A stretch of 64,000 nt of DNA from Lama guanicoe. Its lineage: Eukaryota. Location of the stretch: the NCBI GenBank assembly GCA_013239625.1, contig MU053823.1, positions 689,565 to 753,564 of the forward strand, read 5' to 3'. Shown piece after piece: positions 34,701 through 46,980 of this stretch; the first letter of the stretch is position 1, and each line of letters starts with the position of its first letter. Made by a program: the position numbers and the translations under genes. The notes below the pieces were generated by a model. It worked only from the letters and a program-made list of their open reading frames with translations. It searched no databases and was not told where the DNA came from.

Positions 34701-36899
34701 AGATATAGCATAAGGACTGTTTCCTCTGAGAATGTATAGCTTTGCCAAAATGTCTGTATCTCCTTTATTATTCTGGAGTTTGTAAAGGCTCGTTTGGGAG
34801 AATGAGGGGAAGTGCACGAGAGTTTTAGCAGGTTCTTTGCCTCCGTCAGACAAGATGTCCTGCAAGAGGCTTTATTATGGAAACACTTTAAATGTGATTG
34901 TAAATGGATGTAAGGACTGAAAAATGACCATGCCTTCTGAGAGAACAGCCTGTAATTTTCTCACAGTCGCTATGTGATTCAGATACTTTTGTCTAGAAGA
35001 TATTCAGAAATGTAATTTTCGGGATTTTTTAAGGGTGGACAGAGTGATTTCAGTAATCCTGGTTTTATCCTCATAAATGTTAATCGGACATGAGGCAGTG
35101 GAATAGTTATGCAATGTGCTACAGATGATGTGCTCCTGTGCAACTATTTTTATTTCGATTCTCACAGGAGAGGGAGCCTGGCATTGCTGCCCTGCTGGCT
35201 GGCGAGCCTTTCAGTCCAGCTGCTACGTTCCACTTACCGACAACAAGACGTGGGCTCAGAGCGAAAGGAACTGTATAGGGTTGGGGGCTCACCTGGCCAC
35301 CATCAGCACAGAAGCTGAGCAGGTCTGCTGGGAGGCGCACATCAGTTTCTCTGCTGGTTTGAATCTCTTTGCAGAGAAGGAGGAATTTCTCTGCTCTGCT
35401 GTGCCTGTGTGCCTTTGCTTCATCTATTCCATCCACCTGGAAAGACCTTCCTTCCTCTCTCACTTCTCTTCTTATGGCCAACCTCTTCTGGTCTTCCATG
35501 ATTAGATTCATGCATTATTTCCTCCAGAAAACTACCCGACCATCCTCCCTACCCCATCCGCCCTGTTCTAATTTGGAGCCCCTCCCGGGGTGCTCTGTGC
35601 ATCGTGGGAGCGTGGCCCTTGCTCCAGCGTGTGCAATCGTCCTTTCGCTACTCCAGCTCTTCCAACGACTCCTCCTCTGTGGAGGGCTGGAGCCACGCCT
35701 CACGCATCTTTGCATCTCCAATGGCCTGCACGGTGCTAGGCACACTGCATAGATCTTAATAAATGTTCAGTGGTAAGTAAATAAATGAATGATTCATCAG
35801 GACTGAAATGGCTTCTCAGGATAAAACACAGGAAAAATAATTCAAGTGTATGGTTGTCATTCTAAAAAAAAAATCTCAAGGTAAATTCAATTCTGAACTG
35901 AAACTTATTTCCTCATGTAATATATTTCCATGTCCGTGCCAGGACTCAGATTCCACTCCTTTCTTGGTTAGCAGGGTTTCCTGGATTCCGTGTTCATGGC
36001 TTTGTGACCTACAGGTTCACCAACTCTTTGAATAAAAAGGAATTTAATGAAATACACGGTTAATGAAGGCAATTTTAAAAACAAAAGTTCCTAAAAATCC
36101 AACCCTGTTAAGCACTGGGCTAAGTGACTTGAAAGCTGAGCTCAATCTTGCACAGCAATTCTGTGAAGCTGCGGCGTTGTCCCTTTTGGAGCTGAGAAAA
36201 CTGGGGTTTGGTGAAATTAAAGCACTGATTAATAGTACACGATGAATGTCAGAAGCAGATTTGAAAACAGACCTGGTGCCAACGCACTGGTGCTTAACGA
36301 GTAATTTATTTGATCTCTTTCCTCTTTTTCTAACATAACAGCTTTCCCGTGGTAAATACAAATATACTTATAATAATTCACATTTTTATACAGAACTTTA
36401 TTACTCAGTTTTTGGATAAACGGTTTTCCTATTTCCTGGGACTCACAGATGAGAACCTTGAAGGCCAGTGGCATTGGGTGGACAAGACACCGTTCAACCC
36501 ACAGATGGTGTGAGTATACAGACTGGGGTGAAGGAGCTTTATAGGCAAAGGTGAGAAGACAGCAAGGGGAATTCATCCTGGGGGAGCACACCCCCGTAAG
36601 GAAGACTGCTCAGAACAGAGCACTGTGTGCTGAGTGGCCGCCACACCAGGATGCAGCTCGAAACTGTTCCCCAGGAGCACTTTCCTTGCTTTGCCCTCTG
36701 CCCTATTTTACACACACACACACACAATTTTTTTCATTCCAGATTCTGGCATGAAGGTGAACCCAGCAACTCTCAGAGAGAAGACTGTGTTGTCCTTGTT
36801 AATGACCAAGACAAATGGGCCTGGAAAGTTGTTTCTTGTAACGTTGAGACAAGTAGGATTTGCAAGATACCTGGAAAGGATTCAGCTAGAAACCTGTGA
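31704..36899 (+). CDS. CLEC4D: C-type lectin domain family 4 member D (MCL/Dectin-3) orthologue; canonical start lost, probable start at 33426 (about 197 aa), or incipient pseudogene
   Basis: Exons 31704-31731 ([11 protein letters not shown], donor GTGAGT), 33388-33480, 34329-34439, 35168(or 35171)-35322, 36394-36509, 36743-36899, all GT-AG and in frame. [35 protein letters not shown]...[83 protein letters not shown]. Lies tail-to-tail with CLEC4E as in other mammals. Confidence 0.9.
32546..32712 (+). mobile_element. tRNA-derived SINE (Vic-1-like)
   Basis: GGGGGGAGAGTATAGCTCAGTGG...GGTTCAATTTCCAGTAC; degenerate TSD AAAATTTGATAA / AAAATTGATAA. Confidence 0.85.
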
Positions 36900-38614
36900 A
36901 GGAGTCCTTGTGATGAGGACAGGAAAGAAGAACCAGTTAGTCTAGGGCAGGATGTTCGTGTGTCACTGGAACGGAGACAACATTCTGGGTCATAGAACAT
37001 TTGCAGCCGTGATGGCCGTATTTATTTTTGTTTAATTCATTCAAGATGTGTTTTTGTGTAAGTAATCATTTTTTAGATCTTTTTTTTCTACAAGGATCAG
37101 TTTTATCAACTTTGCTTTCTTGAGAGTATTTCAAGGTATTTACTTTTCAATTGGCGTGCATTGATTACATACCTAAGAGGGTTTGAATGGTGCAGTCGCC
37201 AAGTCATTGTTTCCTCTGCCCCCGTTCTCAGCTCTTAAAATTCAAAGGTGGACTATTTCAAGTGGTAGTGGTGTACCGTTTTTTTTTAAACCCAAATATC
37301 ACAAACCCTTTAAAGGTTTTAAACATTTTTATTGTTTGATGCTTCATTTCAGACTTTTTAGTAGTATCAGTCATTAGATTGACAACCCATGAGCAAAATA
37401 CTTTCGGAACAGCAGGATAGTATAGTTGGAATTATGGTATGGCTCAGGTAAAAAACAAAATCTATTTGCCTTTCAAAAAAATGTACTTCTTATTCTACTC
37501 TAAACGTCTTCCCAGAGCAGGGGGTCTCAAGCTGACAATTTCCTTTTGAGTGGAAAAGTTCCTTACAGGCCACCGTAGCTCCTCCTGTTGTATAGCTGAG
37601 GGAATGAAACCCTTGGGAAGCCAAAGGGCTCTCCTTCTCTCAGCTAGTTCATGATAGAAACAGGATTATGGCTTAGATGTATCTTGCATAGCAGGTGAAA
37701 TGTATTCACTTTGACATTAGGGGAAAGTCACTGGGGGTGACATGGCCTCTTGGCCAATAGATAGATAATAGCTCTTATTTATTCATGTAACATCGTATTA
37801 GTGTTTCTATACTTTTAATTGGAATCAGAAAAAAAAATTTCAACCCATTTAGGTGAATTGTTAGCATGTTTCTTTAGAGCTATAAAGCTATGGTTTAAAC
37901 TAGCAAGGAAGTCCTTTTCACAAACTGAAGTTATGCTTTTGTGATGTATGTGGTGTTAATTGTGATGCAGTCACATCCAACATCAACAAAATATGGTGGT
38001 TCTTTCTTAAAATTTTCAGTTTGCTGATGTTTCCTGCATCTAAGCTAAAAAAAATTGCAAGTGACAACTTTTTAACCTAACTTCCTTACCACTGTCTTCA
38101 AAAAACAATACTGATTTTTTATAAATTAGTGATTTTCTGAGTCTGGAATATTAACGTTTGATTGGTTGTGTGTGTGTGTGTATGTATTTAAAGCAGTACC
38201 AAGTGACTTTGTGTTTGCCATAAATTACACAGCACAAATCTATAAAACTTGTTGAAATAAATTTATGTAAATGATAGTAGGCTTTGTATAGCTAATATTA
38301 CCCATTTTTAGTTTGTATAAACTGTATTTAGGTAAAGGTTCAGTTGTCAATAAAATGTGGCCTCTTTGTGACTTTATACACCTGTGTCTACATCCATACT
38401 TCTAGCCTATTTCTCCCAATGTTGACCATTTTTCATTCCCTCCAGTGGCTACCGCCACAGACCAAACTACCATCTCTCCTACCTGCATTATTGCAACAGC
38501 CTTCTGGCTGGTCTCCCTGCGTCCACCCTTGCTCCTTTTCAGTCTATTCTCAACTCTCATGGCAACTCTACCATTCTTCCAGTTTCTTTACGACAGCTGA
38601 AGTAGCACCAAGTG

Positions 38615-38697
38615 CCTTTAATGGAGGGACTGGGGGTCAAACCCAGGACCTCATGCATGCTAAGCATGTGCTCTACCACTGAGCTATATACCTTCCC
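38615..38697 (-). mobile_element. tRNA-derived SINE (Vic-1-like)
   Basis: ATGGAGGGACTGGGGG...CATGCTAAGCATGTGCTCTACCACTGAGCTAT. Confidence 0.8.
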
Positions 38698-39374
38698 ATC
38701 AGAGGGATGAGAATTTTACGAGTGAGAGAGAGAGAGAGGGAGATTCTTGTTTTTTATGACCATGGAGAAATTATCAAATTATCTAAAATGGAAAAAAGCA
38801 TTTTAGTATAAACTGTATTTGGAAACTATTAGATAGAAGTAGAACCTACACTGTTTAGAAACATGGAACTCAACAGAAGAAACATCTGAAGAGTTGACTA
38901 TGGTTGCCTCTTGGACACGGGCATCAGGAGTTAGCCAAAAATAGCTATTTCCAGTTATAACCCTTGTAGAAGATTTTGGTTTTTTAAACAATGCACATGT
39001 ATGCACAGAGTATGTGAGTTTATTGATTAATTAATCATATTAACATTTAGAAAGAGATGCTTAAGCATCACTTAATAAAATCAATAAATTAGTGTACAAA
39101 CAAAGGAGTAAAAGGAATTTAACAAACAAGGAGTAAAAGGAATTTTCTGCAGAGGGTCCACCCCACACCTACAGCAACCATTAAAAACTTAATGGTAAAT
39201 CACCAGAAGTGTTTTCTTTAAAGTCCAGAGCAAAGCAAGGATGCTCACTGTAGCCGCGTCTATGTAGCAGTGTATTGGTAGTCCCAGCTAGCTTAGAATA
39301 ATCAGAAGAACTGGAAAGAAAAAACCCAAACCGTCACTATTTGTAGACCACACCTACCCAAAAGAAATGTAATA

Positions 39375-40605
39375 CAAATAAACAAATGTGAGCCAGAATA
39401 AACAAGTGACGCCTAATTAAATGTATAAGCTTTTGTGCAGCAAAAGAAACTATAAACAAAATGAAAAGACAACCTATGGAATGGAGAAAATATTTGCAAG
39501 TGATGTGACTGACAAAGTCTTAATTTCCAGAATATACAAACACCTCATACAATTCAATAGCAAAAACAAATAAACAAACAAACAAACAACCCAATCAAGG
39601 AAGGGCAGAAGACCTAAACAAATATTTCTCCAATGGAGACATACAAACAGCAAACAGACACCTGAAAAAATGCTCAGTATCACTAATTATCAGAGAAATG
39701 CAAATCAAAACTACATTGAAGTGTCTATCACCTCACACCAGTCAGAATGGCCATCATTAAAAAAAAAATCCACAAAGGTTAAATGCTGGAGAGGGTGTGG
39801 AGAAAATCAACCCTCCTATGCTGTTGGTGGGATTGCAATTTGGTGCAGCCATTATGGAAAACAGTAGGGAGATTCCTCAAAAAACTAAAAACAGACTTAC
39901 TATATGATCCAGCAATCCCACTTCTGGGCATATATCCAGAGAAAACTCTAATTTGAAAAGGTACACGCATCCCAATGTTCATCGCAGCACTATTTATAAC
40001 AGCCAGACATGGAAGCAACCTAAATGTCCATCGACAGATGACTGGACACAGAGGTTGTGGTTTGTATATACAATGGAATATTACTCAGCCATAAAAAAGA
40101 ATGAAATAATGCCATTTGCAGCAACATGGATGGACCTGGAGATCATCATTTTAAGTGAAGTAAGACAGAAGGAGAAAGAAAAATGCCGTATGATATCACT
40201 TACATGTGGAATCTAAAGAAATGAGACAAAAGAACTTATTTACAAAACAAATAGACTCACAGACATAGGAAACAAATTTATGGTTCCCAGGGGGGACAGG
40301 AGGTGGGTGATGGGATAAATTGGGAGTTTGGGTTTAGCTACTATACTGTACTACTATTACAAGATAGAAAGCTACTATGTATAAAGTATATAGTACTATA
40401 TACTACTGTAGATAAAATAGATAAACAATAAAGTCCCACTATATAGCACAGGGGACTATATTCAACACCTTGTAATAGCTTATAATGAAAAAGAATACGA
40501 AAAAGGAATATATATATGTATAACTGAATTACTATGCTGTACAGTAGACATTAACATTGTAGATCAACTGTACTTCAATTTTTAAAAAGTTAACAATAAA
40601 AAAAA
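39375..40605 (+). mobile_element. 5'-truncated LINE-1 (ORF2 C-terminus + 3' UTR)
   Basis: Disrupted ORF2 end ...[12 protein letters not shown]...[47 protein letters not shown] followed by 3' UTR and A tail. Confidence 0.92.
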
Positions 40606-42251
40606 TTAGGGGCCAAAATAAATCTTAACAGTGGTTTATTTGAGGAATACGGTCTTGGGAATATGAATGATTAATTATTCTTTTATTTTTTGTAATGTTC
40701 TGGGTTTTCTGGTTCTTATGTATTTGTGTAGCCCTATTTATAAAATGTTATATTTTAAAAGTTTCAACTGGATGCTCTGCTTCTTAAAGAAGAATTTTCC
40801 AGATAAATAATCTAGGTTCCAATGACCTTTACTCTAACCACTAAACCCTTAACAATTGTTTCTTTCCTTGCCAAACTTTGAAGACAAAGTTGGTTGTATA
40901 ACCTAAATCCTAAGTAAATGGGGAAATAGCACACATTAATATTTTTATGTCTTTCAATATTGAAATAAAATTTAAAATAATTATAGCCAACTGAAGTGTA
41001 ACAACAATGAATAAAAAAATTTATCATGTTTTCAATGTTCCCTAAATTGATGTTTACAATATGAAAAAAGAAATTAGAAATATATAATTTATTTAATATA
41101 GAAATATATAATTTATATAAATAGAAGATATATTTATTGAATTACTTTCAGGTTGAATGACTTGTTTTTAAAGGCATATTGACTTCAAAACCACAGATTG
41201 TCACTTTTGACTAAGAGAAATAAATGTTTGTAAAGAAAGCTAACATATGCACTTGTTCTGTTGAATTTTCCCATTCAGTGATTACATGTTAATTACAACG
41301 TATGAATTTTGAGGGTCTCGTTATGGGACTGTGCGCAAGAAACATGGTTATAAAATCTGCTGTGTTACTTACATATTCTTGAATAAACTTATTGGTACTG
41401 ATAGACTATCATGCAGTAAGTGGGCAGGCTTGAGACAGGTAAGTGTCAAGTTGAATATTCTCTTAGAATAATTTGATTGTTGGACTCTGGCTCTGGCTGA
41501 GCAATAGATATAAATTCAGGTGAGACCCAGTTAGCCAACGGAAGGGAACAGAGAGGAAGGTGAGTTTCTGGGACGAGAGGACTGGAGGACAGTCTCTTTG
41601 GAGCTGATTGTTAGCATCACCTTTCTAAGAAGGGGCAGTAAATGCCTTTGGCCAGGAAGTCCACCCTAGTCTCTTGAGCAGGAATAAGTTTCATGACTTG
41701 ACAGTGTTTCCTACTTATTGTGCAGGAGAACAAATTGAGGATATACTCTTGAGTAGGGGGTAAAAGACAGTATGAAATCAAGAAGAGAAGACAGAATTTT
41801 CAGAACTAGAAAGAAGACAAATTGACAGAGCCCAAATTCAGGTGATTGTTTAAAGGCACTTTCCAAAATTCTCTTCTTGGCTGGATTCTGTACTTGTTCA
41901 ATGTCCCTGTATTTTCGTATGAATACTCGCAAATGAAGCAAAAGTACCAAAAGACATTCCTTTCTTCTCACAGCATTGCCAGAGAAACTTGGTAAATTCT
42001 GAGAAACCCCAAGACTGATGTAGAGAACAACGCACTTCAGTCAGTATCATGAATTATATTTCATTCAAAACTACTCATTTTTATTGATAGCAAGGCAACA
42101 AATACTTAATGATGTCCTTATAAAGTGCAACGCACGCTTTTCTCATATTGGAGCTGTGCAGCTGTTTGTTTACGCTCTTGTTACATAGTTCAGTTATGAT
42201 TCTCAGTTAAATATTTAAGTTATGCCTTCTGTGTTGGAGATTTTTCTTTGT

Positions 42252-45200
42252 TCAATTATTTCTTTCTGGCATTTCACAAATCCAATACATACTGAAGAAA
42301 CAGGTTACGTCATTCCAACTTTGCTTCGGGTTTGAAGAGTCTCTTATGGTGGCACAGTCCTCCACTGTAGCTATGTTGTTGGGCTCCCCTATGTCCCAGA
42401 AGCTGAAAGAGACACGGGAGATTTACAGGAGGTGAAGGGACCCATTTACGAGCCAAATCCCATTTGTGTTATTTAACATCACAACAGTTTGTGAGGTAGG
42501 TAATATAATCTCCTCTTTATTGATGAAGAAAAGGAATCTCTGAGGAGCTAACCAGTTTCTCTATGTCATAGAGTTTGTGAGTAACGAAGCTGATCTGGGT
42601 CTTTTTAACTTTGTACTCTGAATCGGTCCCTCGTGGCTTTAGACCCAGAATGATATGTTATGGGACAGACTGGTATCCTGATGGATTTCTTTCCTTCACA
42701 CTCATATCTCCTACGACATTTGGCCCCCTTTATTCTACAGAGTTTGCCTTAACTGAGGTGCATACGTCAGTGGTGTTACAGTGCTGGAGTGAAACAACTC
42801 TTTAAAGGATCAGAGCCTCCTACTTTTACACCGTAAGAATCTCTTATCTTTCTCAAGTCACTGCTTTTGTCTCATTTACTACAGTTTGGGGGCATAAGAC
42901 CCTGCATCGCACCCTTTGCCTCTCCTGCATTTCCAGTGAATTAGTGTTCAGTTCCAAGCCCCTTCTCATTTTCGTCTGTTATTTCCCATTCATTCTTGAG
43001 GGAGTTCCAGGAAATGGGGGAAGCAGACCCTGATGCCTCTCTTTTCCCTCTTCCTCATCAGCTCTTTCCCTTCTTGCAACTAGTATCACCATGGGTGGGC
43101 ATGAACATACCTCCTGGAACGAAGGCTGTTCCGAGAACTCCCGTCAACTGCAGGCTAACATTAGGATTTGGGGCAATGTTACAGTTCTCCTACAAGAAGG
43201 AAATTACCTGAGATCCTTTGTGAAAGGTGTACCATCTACCCACTGCCACTGACCCTCGGTCACCTGGTCCGTCAGTCCAATATAAAACTCTTTCTTTTTA
43301 GGTTTTGTAAGGAAAAGGAATTCCTATGGAAGATACATACAAAAATTAGGAGATCCATTATTCCAGTGCTGAACAAATGTTGAAGGTAATTGTTATTAAA
43401 AGAGAGAAGGTAGGATCTGGACCAGAGATGATAGAAAAATGGGCCTGAAATTGTAAGATCATGGAAGATTATCTCCTGATTTGTTTTATTGTGCTAAAAC
43501 ATATGTACCCTAAAATTAAACCAATGAAAAAGAACCATCAGCAGAGAAGGAGGTTCTCAATAACTCATTCAAAGTTTATCTACTGTTATTGACAACACAA
43601 AACTTTATAAATCAGAACTTAAAGATAATAGACAATTTTTGCTCGCTGTCTTTCATATGACATGTTCATAAACATAATGGTCATTCTAAAATGAAGTCCC
43701 AGCCCTCTTTTTTTCCAGGCTTACTAATAAATGAGCTGAATGTGGGAATTTCATTTTTTTAGTTTCTTCTAGTAGTGAAAATATATTAAAGTTGGTATTG
43801 ACTTACAGAAATAGTAAGACCAGCATGTATTTCAGTAAATTTTTTTTAACACATAGTAATTGTATGCCCAATACTGGACACGTGACTGGAAAACAAGATG
43901 GCTCCTGTGACGGACACTGGAGGAAGCTGTACTCTCATTACCTGCTCCTCTAGCGAGTTGATAACCACCAGATGACTCCCCATGCTGGAGCAGTTTTTTA
44001 AACTTGCTGTCCAGGTCATGGTGTCAGTAGAAAAGAAGTAACAGCTAGACTGAAAATGCACCCAGTTCAATGGACAGCACTTCTTCAGTGAACCTGGAAG
44101 GAGAGAAGTTTCCGTGAGAGCCCCACATGAACTGGGTAAGACAACAGAAGCCTTCTTCGGGGCCAATAAAGCTCATCATTTACAGTCAGAAGTCTTGGAA
44201 CCCCTCATTCATGCCCCATAGCTCACCGTCTAAGACTTGTAGTTAAGTCCTATGTCAACAAGCACAGACAGCAATTTTCTTTTTTTTTTTTTTGAGACAT
44301 AATCCTTATTTTCCAGATGTCAGTGCCAAACACAACCATACATACAATCTGCCTCGGTTATGCTATTGGTATGGAACCCTATTATCTGTTCACAGACTGC
44401 CAAGGTCAGAGAAGTTTATGCATTTTATCTGAGTGACCTGTAAGTAACCATCTCTCGTGTTGGCCTATCAATGTACCCTCAACAGAATCTCCAAACTGCT
44501 TGTCCAGATGGGATCAAGTTCTTAGAATGATAGCATTTAAGCCTTTGAAGTTTCTTAAAAATAAATTGTCCAATCTCTCTTAACTTAATGGTGAGGACAT
44601 TATAGCCCGGAGAAGGAAGTCATACTCCAGTCTCATGGGGCATTTTGTAAGGCTTGGAACAAGACTACGTGGAAGAGTTTAGGGGTATGCTTCTGAGGTA
44701 TTTCCAAATTTCCTCCTCTGTGCTTTTTTTTTCCAAGCTCATTTTGGAAGCAGGTGATGAGTGAAAAGAAAAAGGGTACCACTGGGAATGACAGCTTCCT
44801 CTTCTAGATTTATTGTTCAGACATATAACTCAAATTTATTCTAAAAGTTTGCTATAATGTCCCCAAGAATTCCTGTCCCAATGCTAACTGACTTTCCAAA
44901 GTTCTAATCCTGTCCTCTTCCCAACTCCTCATTATTCTCTGACAGTACAGGCAAGATTTTGTATTTTGCTTTTGAAAAACAGAACCTAATCTGATTACTT
45001 TACTTATCCCCCAAATCAATCTAGAAACCAGAAAACGTTGATATGTAAATTTTGATGTCCAAACTTGAGGGCTATTATACTTGATCCATCATTATAGCAG
45101 GAGAGCTCCATTAAATCCTCACGCGGCTGGACCTTTTTCCCATCACAAAGTTGAAAGATGTGATACGTCACTGTAAGGAAAGGAGCACAGTTAGTGTTCA

Positions 45201-46739
45201 TTTCTCTTGAAAAAAACACATTTTATCATTTTTGTTGCCATAACAAATGTACTAATAATTATATTTTCTTACTGTCTACTTTTCCTCCAGCTTGGAGAGG
45301 AGATGAGATTTACTTACCCAAAGAAGGAAGAGGGAATTCACACTTCATGGTTTTCCTGATTTATGAAAATGAATATACTTTATTTCAGGCCCAGAGGCCC
45401 AAAGAAAACAAATGTGTTTGCAGTCTCTCTTATGCCAAGTCTAACCTCCCAACCCTTCCTTCCAAAAAGTGATTTGTTGTGTCCCTGGCTAAGATGTCAT
45501 ACAGAAGGTTACACTAATGATAGGGCTACAAAGGCAGAGGACTCAGGGCCACTAAGGAGGTGGAAGATGTGTACCATGAAAAATGTGTCTCAGGTCATTG
45601 AAATTTGGTAACAGCTTTGTGCTAGCTGGAGTTTCTGGCTTGAGGAATAACCTGGAGATAAATAAGGGGAAAAGTGGAACAGAAATACCCTTTGTGGGAG
45701 GAGGGAACCCATAGGCAACAAGGAAGAATTTACTCCTAATATTCACCAGGGAGACTGAATTTGACCTTCAGAACTCACCAACACATCTGGCGATAAAACA
45801 GACACTGAGCAGTAGGATGGAGACCCCAGCAACAGTCCATAAGAACACCTGGGAAGAGAAGCATCCATTCTCTGCAGAAAGACACAAACATGGTCAGTCT
45901 TCCCTAGGAAGATACAAAAGAGATGTAAGAAATTCGTATTCAACCTTGCTGGTTTCCTTCTACTCCCTTTGTCTATATTGAGTAATTCTCAAACTTCGGC
46001 ATGCATCAGAATCATTTGGAAGGTTTGCTGAAACACAGGTCATGGGGTCTCACGTCCAGACTTAAATATTCATTAGAGCTGGTATGGAGCCAACAAGTCC
46101 CCAGGAGCTGCAGATGCCGCTGGTCTGGGGATCACACTTTTAGAACCGCTCAAATAATCCATCCCTGCTCTTAAGACTCTGACTCATGAACACGGGCAAA
46201 TGTGCAGTTCTTCCTTTCTAACCCTCTCAAATTTTTTCCTCCCATCTTTCCCTATCTTTCTCTCTCCCTTTCTCCATCTCCCTCTTCCCTGCTTTTCTTG
46301 CCTGTCTCCTGTTCTCCTCTTTTCAGTGTCTCCTCTTCCAAGCCCTTCGTAAATCAATCAGATAAAACATTAACCATCTAGAAGCTCCTCTCTTGCTCCC
46401 TTCCAATATGCATTTTACAGACGAGGAGAGCAAGTTCCAGAGATGTGAGGTGACTTGCCCAGTGGGACACAATAAACTATACAAAGGGTAGAAACAGCAG
46501 TCAGGTAGCTCTCCCTGAACTCAATCTCCAGCAACCCCTCCTATGTTTCACTTAGTCTTCTAACCATTCCCTTATTTTCCTTGCTTTCATTCTCTGTCTC
46601 TGTTGCTCCTGCTTTACTTTTCTCTTGTCCTGTCCTCAGCATATCCATCATCCCTTCCAAAAAAAGGATCCTTGAAAGAAAAGGGATAGTTGCAAAGTTT
46701 ACCTGTGCGTTGGGATGCTGATGATTTGGACGAGTTCAT
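42252..46739 (-). CDS. CLEC4E: C-type lectin domain family 4 member E (Mincle), 6 exons, 212 aa
   Basis: Minus-strand exons 46739-46703, 45871-45779, 45170-45081, 44093-43942, 43323-43208, 42402-42252; total 639 nt. [52 protein letters not shown]...[16 protein letters not shown]...[55 protein letters not shown] and the transmembrane Arg41 used for FcR-gamma coupling are intact. Confidence 0.97.
45982..46150. mobile_element. MER5A-like hAT MITE in CLEC4E intron 1
   Basis: TTCTCAAACTT..GCATCAGAATCA...GCTGGTCTGGGGATCACACTTTTAGAACC. Confidence 0.7.
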
Positions 46740-46929
46740 TCTTTCTTTCTCTTTCTCTCTCCTTCCTCCTCTGTGTCTCTCCTGTCTTTCTCTCCTCAGT
46801 TTCTGAGTCCGAGAGTGTTTTGTTGACAAGATTCAAAGAAAATGAATCTGAAAGTTGAACACTTCATCTGTGTTTTAGGAAGCTCAACCCCAAGACATGA
46901 GAAAATTAACTTGTTCTGTGGCTGTGTGT

Positions 46930-46980
46930 TTAATCAGGATTTCCTTTCTTGCATAAGGAGGACGAGGGAGTTTACTGGGC
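46930..46980 (-). promoter_or_regulatory. CLEC4E proximal promoter motifs (C/EBP, ETS/PU.1-like, NF-kB-like)
   Basis: TTGCATAA at 46949-46956 abuts TTCCTTTC at 46941-46948; GGGAGTTTAC at 46966-46975; about 200 bp upstream of the ATG. Mincle is an established C/EBP-beta target. Confidence 0.55.

Noticed and set aside
39953..40216. 87-aa ORF with a recognisable protein motif
   Set aside because: C-terminal fragment of L1 ORF2 in a truncated, disrupted element.
46614..46829. In-frame N-terminal extension of CLEC4E from an upstream TTG
   Set aside because: Non-ATG start through a purine-rich simple-sequence 5' UTR; the conserved MNSSKSS start at 46739 has a good context.
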